A DNA stretch of 57,919 nucleotides from positions 1-57,919 of the forward strand of contig CACPAS010000004.1 in NCBI GenBank assembly GCA_902632055.1. The letters run 5' to 3'. Origin of the DNA: an uncultured OCS116 cluster bacterium. GTDB taxonomy: Bacteria > Pseudomonadota > Alphaproteobacteria > Rhizobiales > TMED25. Of the stretch, positions 33,007-42,667 are shown piece by piece. Position 1 is the stretch's first letter; each line of letters opens with the position of its first letter. A model generated the notes under the pieces. That model was not told the DNA's origin. It searched no databases and saw only the letters and a program-made list of their open reading frames with translations. The position numbers and the translations under genes are program-made.

Positions 33007-34284
33007 CTATTGACCAGTATATTCGAGGATATGCAAACCCAGTCCCCACCTATCAGACATATAGATGAGTCCAGTTTCACGATCTACAAATACATCATTA
33101 CTTTGAGGGCAACAGCGCTCCTTGTTACCAGCTGGAATGTAATAGCCAACTTCCTTTGGTGAGAATGGATTGCTCCAATCAATAATTCGTAATCCTGCAT
33201 TAAACCAAGCTATATATATCAGATCATCCTTTTCCATATCTAGCCAGATATTATGAGCGCCATGCCTTGACCCAGTTTTACTCCATTTGGTATCTATGGG
33301 TCGCATATCTAATGGGTCAGTTTCGAATGGCATATATGTACTAACGGGCAGAGGTATATCTCTATTTCTTAGATCGTAAAATGTAACAAACGCTGGCGGA
33401 TGTTCACAATTAACTGTGACGGTTTCTTGAGTTACAATACCAAATTCAGACCCCTTGGGTACTAGAAAACTATGATAACAACCAGCCCAACCATGTGTTT
33501 CATGTGGATTATGTCTCCATTTAAACTTTGGTTGGCTTGGGTCTGTGCAATCAAATAATACAATACCTCCATCCCACCAGCCAGCCGTAACATAATTCCC
33601 CCATGGGTTACCTTCATGACACCACGCTTCATTCTGAACAATAGAATTATCCCAAGTGTAATTCTCACCTTTCTTTTGACCCTCAACCCATCCTTGTCCA
33701 ATAAACTCAGGATTTGCTGGATCTTTCATATCATGAATTAAAAGAATTTTTTTATCAAACCCGTCTCGGTAACCAGAACTATACATTAACTTCCGGTCTC
33801 TATCATAAATTGGCCTATGAATCCCCATTCCGTCTGTTTCAATATATCTAAGAAATTTTGGGTTAATTGGATCAGATATATCAAATACTTTCATCCCACC
33901 CTTTAATTCTGGATACTTTTCTCTTAAATTGGGTCTGAGTTCTGAATTTGTTATCATGATATCGTCGTTAATCTTTAGGACTTTGTGCGTTCGTGCACCT
34001 GGTGAGTCTGAAATTTGATTTAAAATTATTGGTTTGGATGGATCGCTTACATCGAGTATTGTAAGTCCGTCGTGCCCATTGACACCTGATGCTGCTACAT
34101 AGCATATACCTTTTGAAACTTGGATTTGAAATGCATCACCCCAACCATTCAGATTTGAATGACCGACTAATTTTACATTGTGTGATTGCTCTTTCCAAGG
34201 ATCATTAAGTTTATGTTCAGCACTGATATATTGCGCTGGACCGCCGCCGGTTACTGGATCAGTTTTGTAGTATGGTCGAGACAT
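33007..34284 (-). CDS. LVIVD-repeat beta-propeller protein, His-rich, function unknown
   Basis: Repeated blades LTILDVSDP, MKVFDISDP, LLIHDMKDP, IVLFDCTDP, LRIIDWSNP; no signal peptide. Confidence 0.75.
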   Translation of the reverse strand: MSRPYYKTDPVTGGGPAQYISAEHKLNDPWKEQSHNVKLVGHSNLNGWGDAFQIQVSKGICYVAASGVNGHDGLTILDVSDPSKPIILNQISDSPGARTHKVLKINDDIMITNSELRPNLREKYPELKGGMKVFDISDPINPKFLRYIETDGMGIHRPIYDRDRKLMYSSGYRDGFDKKILLIHDMKDPANPEFIGQGWVEGQKKGENYTWDNSIVQNEAWCHEGNPWGNYVTAGWWDGGIVLFDCTDPSQPKFKWRHNPHETHGWAGCYHSFLVPKGSEFGIVTQETVTVNCEHPPAFVTFYDLRNRDIPLPVSTYMPFETDPLDMRPIDTKWSKTGSRHGAHNIWLDMEKDDLIYIAWFNAGLRIIDWSNPFSPKEVGYYIPAGNKERCCPQSNDVFVDRETGLIYMSDRWGLGLHILEYTGQ

Positions 34285-34295
34285 AACTTTTTATC

Positions 34296-34805
34296 CTATA
34301 TCCATATTCGTGATTTTGGAAATGGTACATAGAATAACCAGCCCGAGCTGAAAACAACATACGCAATTAAGCACGTAATTAGGGCTATTCCAAGAGACTT
34401 CATTATTGAGTTCAAATTCTTTTCTGGTCTAAAATATAATATTCCCGTCCATAATAGTAATAGACTTGCAGGCCAGAAACCGAAAGCGAATAGACACACA
34501 AGATAAAGGAATAATATTATGGTATAAACTAATACATTAATAATTGATGGAACCTCTTTTTTGCTAATCTTTAAGTCAGTATCAATTTTTTTTGTTATAA
34601 TTTTACGTATTGATTTTATTAGAAATACACTGGCTATAATGAATAGGATATAAGATGAGGCCAGAGGAAAAACCCAATCGATATATAGATAATCATCCCA
34701 TATATTATCAGGAACACCCCTAATAGACAGTATAGCGATTGCAAATAATAATATGGTAATTGCGACATCACTGTCTTGCATATATTTTAATAATTTACGT
34801 TGCAT
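34296..34805 (-). CDS. Tripartite tricarboxylate transporter small subunit (TctB-like)
   Basis: 4-5 TM helices, FP motif, GF and C-terminal VPFP; overlaps tctA. Confidence 0.75.
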   Translation of the reverse strand: MQRKLLKYMQDSDVAITILLFAIAILSIRGVPDNIWDDYLYIDWVFPLASSYILFIIASVFLIKSIRKIITKKIDTDLKISKKEVPSIINVLVYTIILFLYLVCLFAFGFWPASLLLLWTGILYFRPEKNLNSIMKSLGIALITCLIAYVVFSSGWLFYVPFPKSRIWI

Positions 34806-36288
34806 CTATTTTTTTCCTCGATCTGTATCTTGATATTGCAACAGCTGAAACTGATATTATCGATAGACTTATAAGAATAATGCTGACTGATCCACTGAAG
34901 AATACTCGTTGTACTCCAACCGCATGAGATATATACAGCGCCTGCACTAGAGATGGTTCAATTATTGGTCCAAGAATAAAACCTAATCCAATTGGACCGG
35001 GATGAAAGCCAAGTGGCCTAATAAGAAAGACAAAAAGACCAATAACCAGCATTAAATAAACATCAAAGACATTATTTCGAATTGCATAGGCGCCAATTAT
35101 AGCCAAAAACATTATAAGTGGGGCTAGAAGTCTAAGTGGTATCTTTATTATCCTCACTAAAATTGGAGTTGCTAGCATGCCAATAAAAAACACCACGATG
35201 CCCGCTATCAATAATGACCATCCAAAGGAATAAACCAGTGTGGCATTTGTTCCAAATAGTTCCGGTCCTGGGTTTAAACCACGTAACATTAGAGCACCTG
35301 CAATAACTGCTGCCGGAGCTGATCCGGGTACTCCAAGTGTTACAAGTGGTATCATTGCAGCTGGAGCTGCAGCATTATTTGCAATCTCGGATGCAGTAAC
35401 ACCCCTTACATCTCCTTTACCATATTGGCTTTTATCTCTACTCCATCTTAGAGCCTCATTATATGAGACAATAGCGGCAATCGGACTTCCTGCACCTGGC
35501 AATATTCCAATAAATGCACCAATGACACCTGATCTTAGAAAATGTATTGGAGCAGATATTACTTTTATTATTGTTTTTAGAATTACGCCTTTTTCTGGCT
35601 TATATTCAGCCACATACTCTTCTTTTCGGAGGTTTAAAATCATACTTAATACTTGAGGCACCGCAAAGACTCCGATTAGAGCCGCAACTAAAGACACGCC
35701 ACCTCTTAATTCTGGAATATTTAATGTAAATCTATTTACTTCGGCTGCATGACTTATACCAATACAACTAATAATTATACCAATAGCTGCGCCTGCAAGA
35801 CCTTTTAGTATTGATTTGCCGGCAAGACTACCAATTATAGTTAATGCAAATACACCGAGCCAAAAAAATTGCGGTGGGCCAAACTTCAACGCAACTGATA
35901 CCATAGGCCAAGCGAGTAATAAATAACAAGCGGCACCAAATATTGTACCGAGCGCGGAACTAAAGCACGCGGCCACAATTGCCTCTTGTCCCCTACCCTG
36001 TTTTACCATGGGATGACCGTCAAAACCTGTTGCCATTGCTGCGGGAGTTCCCGGTGTATTGACAAGACATGCAGGAATGGCATCAGAAAACATCGCGCAT
36101 ACATATAATCCACCCAACATTGCAATACCCTCACCTGTTGGCAGACCAAATGTGAATGGAACAAGTAGTGCTGTTCCCATAGTTGCGGTTAAACCTGGTA
36201 AGGTTCCAACAACAAGACCCAACAAAACGCCAATTGTCATATACATCAAATAAGTTGGGCTAATAGCCATAAAAAAGGCTTCAAACAT
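34795..36288 (-). CDS. Tripartite tricarboxylate transporter large subunit (TctA)
   Basis: GTLPGL, NTPGTP, DGHPM, GILPGAG, EIANNA, LGVPGS, GFILG. Confidence 0.92.
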   Translation of the reverse strand: MFEAFFMAISPTYLMYMTIGVLLGLVVGTLPGLTATMGTALLVPFTFGLPTGEGIAMLGGLYVCAMFSDAIPACLVNTPGTPAAMATGFDGHPMVKQGRGQEAIVAACFSSALGTIFGAACYLLLAWPMVSVALKFGPPQFFWLGVFALTIIGSLAGKSILKGLAGAAIGIIISCIGISHAAEVNRFTLNIPELRGGVSLVAALIGVFAVPQVLSMILNLRKEEYVAEYKPEKGVILKTIIKVISAPIHFLRSGVIGAFIGILPGAGSPIAAIVSYNEALRWSRDKSQYGKGDVRGVTASEIANNAAAPAAMIPLVTLGVPGSAPAAVIAGALMLRGLNPGPELFGTNATLVYSFGWSLLIAGIVVFFIGMLATPILVRIIKIPLRLLAPLIMFLAIIGAYAIRNNVFDVYLMLVIGLFVFLIRPLGFHPGPIGLGFILGPIIEPSLVQALYISHAVGVQRVFFSGSVSIILISLSIISVSAVAISRYRSRKKIDAT

Positions 36289-36306
36289 TTCGTAATCCTG
36301 AGTTAG

Positions 36307-36367
36307 TCAATATTCATGGAAGTATATTGATACCCAGAAATCTCATAGCTCAGATTTGAGCTATGAG
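36307..36367. terminator. Tandem hairpins between tctC and tctA (terminator or mRNA stabiliser)
   Basis: Perfect 11-bp stem CTCATAGCTCA-GATT-TGAGCTATGAG (36342-36367) plus TCAATAT-10-ATATTGA (36307-36330). Confidence 0.55.
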
Positions 36368-36389
36368 TAATTCTAGGTTGCGTTTTATG

Positions 36390-37313
36390 CTAATCTGCGT
36401 ATTTTGCGATCTCAGCATCCATAAACGCATTAACATCAGCAACTGACATATCATGCGTTACATAACCGCCCTTAGTAAGAGCATCTTGCACAGCAGGATC
36501 AGAAGCAGCTGATCTTAATGCAGCATTTAGTGTTGCAACGATATCCGATGGAGTTCCTGGAGGTGCCATTAGGCCCCAAGTAATAACATAATTCCAATCT
36601 GGTTCGTTAGGTACACCTGGAAGAGTTGGTACTTCATTTGGGCCAGCAACTAAAATAGCATCAACAATTCCTTTATGCTTTGTCGCATGGTTTGCACCAG
36701 TAGCGGCACCGTCAACGTGTGAACCTGCAAGCATCGGTATCATTTTACCGACACCACCGCCAACTGGAACATATGTTGTTTCTATACCAAGAACAGACTC
36801 TAACTGGTTCCATCGTGATAGCCCACTACCACCTGTTCCGGCAACAGTTAACATACCAGGATTTTCATTTGCAGCAGCAATAAAGTCTTCGATAGTTTTA
36901 TATTTGCTATCTTTTGGAACCATAAGTGTTCCTGCTGATGACTCAGTCATACCTATATATTCAAAGTCTCCAGGTTTATAACCAACACCTTCACCTTTTG
37001 AGCTGATTATAACATTTGGAACAACAGTATTGGAGAATGTGCAACCATCGGGTGCAGATCTATGTAACTCACTAAATCCTACTGCGCCACCACCGCCAGT
37101 CTTGTATACAATGTTTACGCCAACACCCAGAGCTTCTTCTAAGCCAGGTACAAGTCTTCTGGCCATTTGGTCAGAACCACCACCTGGTGAGTAAGGAACA
37201 ATGAATGTAGCTTCTTTACAAGGATAGTCAGCTTGAGCTGTTCCGCCAGTTAATAGCATTGCAGCACCAAATACTGATGCAGTAATGCCTTTTAGTAAAT
37301 AAGAAAATTTCAT
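36390..37313 (-). CDS. TTT substrate-binding protein (TctC/Bug)
   Basis: Signal peptide, YP...IVPYSPGGGSD, GGGG, PDG, final PPGTP; RBS AAAGGGAGG. Confidence 0.9.
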   Translation of the reverse strand: MKFSYLLKGITASVFGAAMLLTGGTAQADYPCKEATFIVPYSPGGGSDQMARRLVPGLEEALGVGVNIVYKTGGGGAVGFSELHRSAPDGCTFSNTVVPNVIISSKGEGVGYKPGDFEYIGMTESSAGTLMVPKDSKYKTIEDFIAAANENPGMLTVAGTGGSGLSRWNQLESVLGIETTYVPVGGGVGKMIPMLAGSHVDGAATGANHATKHKGIVDAILVAGPNEVPTLPGVPNEPDWNYVITWGLMAPPGTPSDIVATLNAALRSAASDPAVQDALTKGGYVTHDMSVADVNAFMDAEIAKYAD

Positions 37314-37496
37314 TTCGAAACCTCCCTTTCTGTTAAGTTAATTTCATAAAGTAAATTTGAGGTATTTAATACATAAACACATCCCTAATTTATCCCTAAG
37401 TATCAAATTTATTTTATTTTAAATTGTTTGCAAGAGAAAAATTGTTATGTTGTAACAAAATTTATATTAATGACTATTTTAAATTTTTCTTTAAAC

Positions 37497-38195
37497 ATGA
37501 ATGTAAACATCAATATTTCAAGTGATTTTATCAATGGGGCAAAAGCAAATACTCCAATTGGTCTCAGTGTATTTGCCTATGGCGCTGTCTTAGGAATGAT
37601 ATGCGCACAAAAAGGTGTTGAGATTTATCAATTGACACTCATGAATGTTTTTATATTTGCGGGTACATCACAATTCATTATCGTTGATATGTGGAATAAT
37701 ATTTCAGAGATATTCACAATTGTTGCTGCAGCATTATTATTAAATCTGAGATACTTTCTCATAGGCGCATCTCTTAATCGACTGTTTAAAAAAAGTTCAA
37801 TGAAGGATAAATTTATATATATGCATCTAGTTGCTGATGAAAATTGGGCAGTCACAATAGAGAGAAGTAAGCATGAAAACATAACACCACTCTTCTTATT
37901 CGGTGGAGGAATATGTTTATTTACTATTTGGTCTACCGGCACATACCTAGGGTATATATTTGGTGGGTTCATAAATGACCCGTCCAAATATGCACTAGAT
38001 TTTGCCTTCATTGCAATCTTTACAGCCTTATGTTTTAATTTGTATCAGGATAAAAGAAATCTTATTCCGTGGCTATTTGCAGCCTTAATTGCCTATATTA
38101 GTGAGTATTTTTTTGGTGGTAACTTATATATTGTATTAGGTGCAATTGCTGGCTCTCTGGTTGGCGTGGTTTTAGAGGCAAAAAAATATGAATAA
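37497..38195 (+). CDS. AzlC family branched-chain amino acid exporter
   Basis: FIFAGTSQF, NLRY, DENW, ALDFAF. Start uncertain; ATG 37497 preferred. Confidence 0.88.
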   Translation: MNVNINISSDFINGAKANTPIGLSVFAYGAVLGMICAQKGVEIYQLTLMNVFIFAGTSQFIIVDMWNNISEIFTIVAAALLLNLRYFLIGASLNRLFKKSSMKDKFIYMHLVADENWAVTIERSKHENITPLFLFGGGICLFTIWSTGTYLGYIFGGFINDPSKYALDFAFIAIFTALCFNLYQDKRNLIPWLFAALIAYISEYFFGGNLYIVLGAIAGSLVGVVLEAKKYE

Positions 38196-38493
38196 TTATG
38201 AGTTATATGCCCTAATAATCATCTTATTCGTATCGATTGGTACTTATGGATTAAGATTATCTGGATTATTATTGTCAGATAAAATATCTAATGATGGTAA
38301 AATACGAATATTTTTAGATTATTTACCACCTACTTTATTGTTATCATTTGTAACTCCAGTTGTCTTAAGAGAAGGATTAGCTGGTATACTCGCAATTTTT
38401 TTAATTGCAATATGCATGCATAAAACAAAAAACATTTTTCTTTCAATGATAGTTGGTGTTGTGACTGTTGCAATAAGTAGAAATTTATTCTAA
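38188..38493 (+). CDS. AzlD family membrane protein
   Basis: TY-x-L-R and L-x-Y-L-P motifs; overlaps azlC. Confidence 0.8.
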   Translation: MNNYELYALIIILFVSIGTYGLRLSGLLLSDKISNDGKIRIFLDYLPPTLLLSFVTPVVLREGLAGILAIFLIAICMHKTKNIFLSMIVGVVTVAISRNLF

Positions 38494-38506
38494 CTGAACA
38501 AGGTGA

Positions 38507-39100
38507 TTATTTTCTGCCTTCGTTTTTTAATGCCTCTTCCGTAGCACTATCATAGTAGTCACTGAATTCCTTTTTAGATTTACCGACGTGTTCCGCGAAC
38601 ATTTCTCGAGTTGAATAATTTTTAACCAATTTATCAGGGTTCCAAATATCTGAACGCGCAACTGCTTTTGCACAATGTAGGTATATTTCGTTAACTCTTA
38701 TGATTAGTGCAGTTTTCGGCTTTTCTCCGTTCACAGCCATTTTTTCTAATAAATTTACATCTCTAGATATTTCAGCTACACCCCTAATTCTAAGGACTTC
38801 ATTAATACCTGGTATTAGAAACATAACCGCAACTTTCGGGTTATCCAGAATATTTATGTATGAGTCGAGACGATTATTACCCGATCTATCTGGTATCGCA
38901 ATTGTATTATCATCCAAGACATCGACAAATCCAGGGAAATCGCCTTTGGGAGAAACATCACCGTCTGTACCCAGAATTATAAAGGGTGATTTGCTGATAA
39001 ACTCCCTACAATGATGATCAATTTTATATTGAACCTTTGCTATAGACGTCGGCCTTGGTTCTCTGTATAGGTTTCTTAAATCCTCATAGTTTATAGACAT
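38507..39100 (-). CDS. Pyridoxamine 5'-phosphate oxidase-like FMN-binding protein (MSMEG_1061 type)
   Basis: DVSPKGD-x-PGFV, PDRSGNNRLDS, FLIPG...LRIRG, YLHCAKA. Start moved to ATG 39100. Confidence 0.85.
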   Translation of the reverse strand: MSINYEDLRNLYREPRPTSIAKVQYKIDHHCREFISKSPFIILGTDGDVSPKGDFPGFVDVLDDNTIAIPDRSGNNRLDSYINILDNPKVAVMFLIPGINEVLRIRGVAEISRDVNLLEKMAVNGEKPKTALIIRVNEIYLHCAKAVARSDIWNPDKLVKNYSTREMFAEHVGKSKKEFSDYYDSATEEALKNEGRK

Positions 39101-39110
39101 TATTTTACCT

Positions 39111-39728
39111 TTATAACGATTGGATCTCACGTTTATATAATGCATCTATTTGATCACCATAAGATGATATCTCATTGTTGATGTCATATTCAATTATTTT
39201 ATCAATTTTTTCAGCTTCAATTATAATAATATTATTGTATTCCCCTTCAACGGTTACATACCTTCTAAGAGGTAATTCGCCTCCGTTATGTATATCAGCA
39301 ATGAAATTAGAATGATATTTTTGGATATCAACATCAGAGATATTTTGTCTTGAGATCCTAATATAATCTAAAAAACCATTATGATCTTTTTCTATCAATG
39401 GTGGTATAAGTGTGAGAATGTATCTAGATGGGTTCTGAAACCTCTCATGAAACTTCATGTCTAATTGCGATCTATTTTCTCGTAACTTTTGATAAGGCTT
39501 ATCATACAGGTAGACAATATTATCAACTTCATAAAGTGTAAGAAATTTTTGCCCATCTCCACTTACTTTTTCAAAGCATGCGCAACTATTAAAGCCTATT
39601 TTTAATCTAGCCGGAAACATTTCATTTAGAAGCCATGGATGAAATTCTTTTTGATCTTTGCAATCTAGATCACAAAATATGGCAAGCAGCCCTGATCCAT
39701 TTAATGGTTTATTTGTGCATTTTATCAT
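39111..39728 (-). CDS. Hypothetical protein, DUF4286/EthD-like dimeric alpha-beta barrel
   Basis: Pattern D...EF-x2-W-x3-E-x2-P-x-R-x3-GF...F-x2-LYE resembles that family; start uncertain. Confidence 0.5.
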   Translation of the reverse strand: MIKCTNKPLNGSGLLAIFCDLDCKDQKEFHPWLLNEMFPARLKIGFNSCACFEKVSGDGQKFLTLYEVDNIVYLYDKPYQKLRENRSQLDMKFHERFQNPSRYILTLIPPLIEKDHNGFLDYIRISRQNISDVDIQKYHSNFIADIHNGGELPLRRYVTVEGEYNNIIIIEAEKIDKIIEYDINNEISSYGDQIDALYKREIQSL

Positions 39729-39844
39729 CTTAATAAATCTCAAATAAAATAAGAACATTTATTCGTTGCAAGATCAAATCAATAACCTAATATTATAATA
39801 TATTTTAACAATGTGAAGACTTAGTATTTTTTAGGGAGATACAA

Positions 39845-41068
39845 ATGAGAACCTTGAGAACTAATAGAGATAATCAACAATGGATGCTTGATTTGGCTTT
39901 GAACATGCGAGGACGTGTACAGAATTTTGAGAGAGACGACTGGGAAACACCAAAACGTGCTCATAACTATAGAATGCTACCAAAGATGTGGAAACAAAAA
40001 GCTGAACACGATGAATCTCTAGCAAAGCAAGCCCTTAAACAAGGTTTTAAGATGACAGCATTAGAGCATTTTGAACATGCTGTAGAGTCATACAGGATGG
40101 CACAACATCCAATTTATTTTGATGATAACCCAATCAAAATAAGTCTGACTAATAAGCTAAAAGAAATGGTTGATAGACGCAGTGAGCTCTCTCCTTACCC
40201 TATTGAACGAGTTGAAGTTCCATTTGATGATGGGAAGACAATCTCCTGCCTTTTGCATTTATTGCCAGATCGAAGAAAGGCACCATGTATAATTTATGTG
40301 CCTGGGATGGACCAAACTAAGGAATACTTCCCAAAAGTGATGAATAATCTCGCCATAAACAGAGGTATGCATGTCTTATCTATGGATGGACCTGGTCAAG
40401 GTAACTCAAATATTCAGAAAATTAGAGCGGTTGGTGATAACTATGAGCGAGCGGGAGCTGCAGTTATGACGTACCTTCAAAGTCGAAAAGAGATAGATAA
40501 TAATAGAATTGGAATATATGGAGTTAGCATGGGTAGTTATTGGTCCTTAAGGCTTGCGAGTTATGACCACAGAGCTGCGGCAATTGCAAGTGGTGTTGCC
40601 TGTTTCAATCCAAACAATACTATTTTTTCTGAGTCATCACCAAGATTTAAACAAATGTTCATGTACATGGCAGGTATTGAAAATGAAGAGGAATTTGACG
40701 ATATGTCTTCGAACATGACTGTAAAAGGATATTCTGAGAAAATAAAATGCCCTACATTACTTGTGACAGGTGAATTTGATCCATTATGTCCACTTGAAGA
40801 TGCCATTGAAGTCTTTGAAGATCTTACATGCAAAAAAGAAATGTGGGTCATTGAAGATCAATTCCATCCACTTTGGAATATACCAAACTTGGGTAAGCTA
40901 GATTGTCATCATTACACAGTCGATTGGCTCCAAAGGGTTCTTTTTTCGAAAAATTACAATGAAGGCGTATCAGATGGCAGAATAGCTTATGTTCGAAATA
41001 ATAGTGATGGTCCATTTGGTGACTGTGAGTGGCAACCTCCTGTGGGACCTAACCAATCTTACTTTTAA
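39845..41068 (+). CDS. Alpha/beta hydrolase, FrsA / dihydroxypseudooxynicotine hydrolase-like
   Basis: PIERVEVPF, PGMD-x2-KE, DGPGQG, nucleophile GVSMG, GEFDPL, late His; RBS AGGGAG. Confidence 0.8.
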   Translation: MRTLRTNRDNQQWMLDLALNMRGRVQNFERDDWETPKRAHNYRMLPKMWKQKAEHDESLAKQALKQGFKMTALEHFEHAVESYRMAQHPIYFDDNPIKISLTNKLKEMVDRRSELSPYPIERVEVPFDDGKTISCLLHLLPDRRKAPCIIYVPGMDQTKEYFPKVMNNLAINRGMHVLSMDGPGQGNSNIQKIRAVGDNYERAGAAVMTYLQSRKEIDNNRIGIYGVSMGSYWSLRLASYDHRAAAIASGVACFNPNNTIFSESSPRFKQMFMYMAGIENEEEFDDMSSNMTVKGYSEKIKCPTLLVTGEFDPLCPLEDAIEVFEDLTCKKEMWVIEDQFHPLWNIPNLGKLDCHHYTVDWLQRVLFSKNYNEGVSDGRIAYVRNNSDGPFGDCEWQPPVGPNQSYF

Positions 41069-41085
41069 AAAATAGGGAGAAACAA

Positions 41086-41736
41086 ATGTCGAGGGTTAAA
41101 TTAATTCAACAAACAGATCTAAGTGAAGAAAATAAAGAGTTTTTTGATATAGTGCCAAATTTATTGGGTAGAGTGCCCAACTTCTATAAAACTCTAAGCC
41201 ATTCACCATACTTGGCGATGGCCTTGCTACCGATTAACTCCGCTGCTCAAAGAGAGTGGTTTGGGACCGATATTTCGGGGAGAATTAAAGAGCTTATTGT
41301 TATAAAAACAAGTCATACAAATGCATGTAAGTACTGCTACGCACATAATACGGCATTAGGTCAAGCTGCGGGTATTGAACAAGAGCATATCATGGCTTTG
41401 TCTTTGAATGACTTTAGTAACCCCGAACTTTTTACAAAAGAGGAGGTTTTAGCAATTAAATGGGCAGAGTCAGTAACAAATAACACGGCAAATTCAAATG
41501 ATAGGTTGTTTGCAGACCTAAAAGAAGTTTTTACAGAAAAGCAGATTGTGGAAATGACAATATTGGCAGCTATGTTTAATATGCTCAATAGGATTAATGA
41601 CTCTTTAGATGTTGACCTTGAAGAGCAAGGTGAAATAAATAAGATAAAGAAATCTTTACATTTAAAAACAGATGCTTATGGAGATTACTTAGAGTGGTTT
41701 GCTAATTTTTGGAAGAAGAATATAAGTTCAAAATGA
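41086..41736 (+). CDS. AhpD/carboxymuconolactone decarboxylase family protein
   Basis: PN...SHSP, KEL-x5-S-x2-N-x-CKYC-x2-H, E-x2-E...N-x2-NR; RBS AGGGAG. Confidence 0.85.
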   Translation: MSRVKLIQQTDLSEENKEFFDIVPNLLGRVPNFYKTLSHSPYLAMALLPINSAAQREWFGTDISGRIKELIVIKTSHTNACKYCYAHNTALGQAAGIEQEHIMALSLNDFSNPELFTKEEVLAIKWAESVTNNTANSNDRLFADLKEVFTEKQIVEMTILAAMFNMLNRINDSLDVDLEEQGEINKIKKSLHLKTDAYGDYLEWFANFWKKNISSK

Positions 41737-41748
41737 TTATGTTATTAG

Positions 41749-42588
41749 TTAATCCCAAAGCGGTCTCCTGATTTCTGGATCAACGACTCGTAGATTATTA
41801 TGTCTAAGGCTTGATATTTTCTCCATATCATCATCTGATAAATTAAAGTCAAATAAACTGATGTTCTCCTCTATCTCATTATAACTAAGAGCCCTTGGGA
41901 CAACTGATATTCTTGTTTGTTGAAGCAACCATTTCAGAGCGACCTGAGCGGATGATTTATTATATTTTAGTGCTATAGTTTGAATTATTGGATCATTTAA
42001 AATTATACCGCGTGCCAGTGGCACGTGGCAAGTAACCAAAATCCCATATTTATCACATGCATGCAGAACTTTATCTTGATTTATATAGGCGTGATACTCA
42101 ATCTGATTACAATAAAGCTCCTCCTCACTGCAATGCACAGCCTCTTGTATCAATGATGTTGTAAAATTAGAAATACCAATATTTCTGGCCAAGCCCTCTT
42201 TTTTTGCATTATTTAACGCACCAACCGTGTCTTTTATGGGAATTGTTCTTGATGGCCAATGTATAAGAAGAAGATCAACATAATTTAAATTTAAAGCCAT
42301 CAAGCTTTTTTCTAGAGATTTCATAAAATCTACAGGGGCAGCATTATCTTCTGTAACCTTAGTTGTAATCCATAATTTATCTCTGGGCACATTGGACATT
42401 TTAATTGCATCCCCAACCCAGTTTTCAGAACCATATTTTCTAGCAGTATCAATGTGGCGGTAACCAATGTCTAGCGCATACTTTATCAACTCTATAGCTT
42501 TTTCTGGTTCTGGATAAGACATTGTTCCAAGGCCTACACAAGGCATATTTCCAGAATTGCGCGTTAAGTATGGGATTTCATTAATCAT
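41749..42588 (-). CDS. Aldo/keto reductase (DkgB-like)
   Basis: GLGT, GYRHIDTA-x2-Y, TTK, YVDLLLIHWP, IGISNF, NQIEYH. Start moved to ATG 42588. Confidence 0.92.
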   Translation of the reverse strand: MINEIPYLTRNSGNMPCVGLGTMSYPEPEKAIELIKYALDIGYRHIDTARKYGSENWVGDAIKMSNVPRDKLWITTKVTEDNAAPVDFMKSLEKSLMALNLNYVDLLLIHWPSRTIPIKDTVGALNNAKKEGLARNIGISNFTTSLIQEAVHCSEEELYCNQIEYHAYINQDKVLHACDKYGILVTCHVPLARGIILNDPIIQTIALKYNKSSAQVALKWLLQQTRISVVPRALSYNEIEENISLFDFNLSDDDMEKISSLRHNNLRVVDPEIRRPLWD

Positions 42589-42667
42589 AAATAACCTAAT
42601 TATAAAAATTACCACAAAAAGCAATAAAAAAATTGAATTAACAATATTCTAGGTTAAGTTATTTTAT

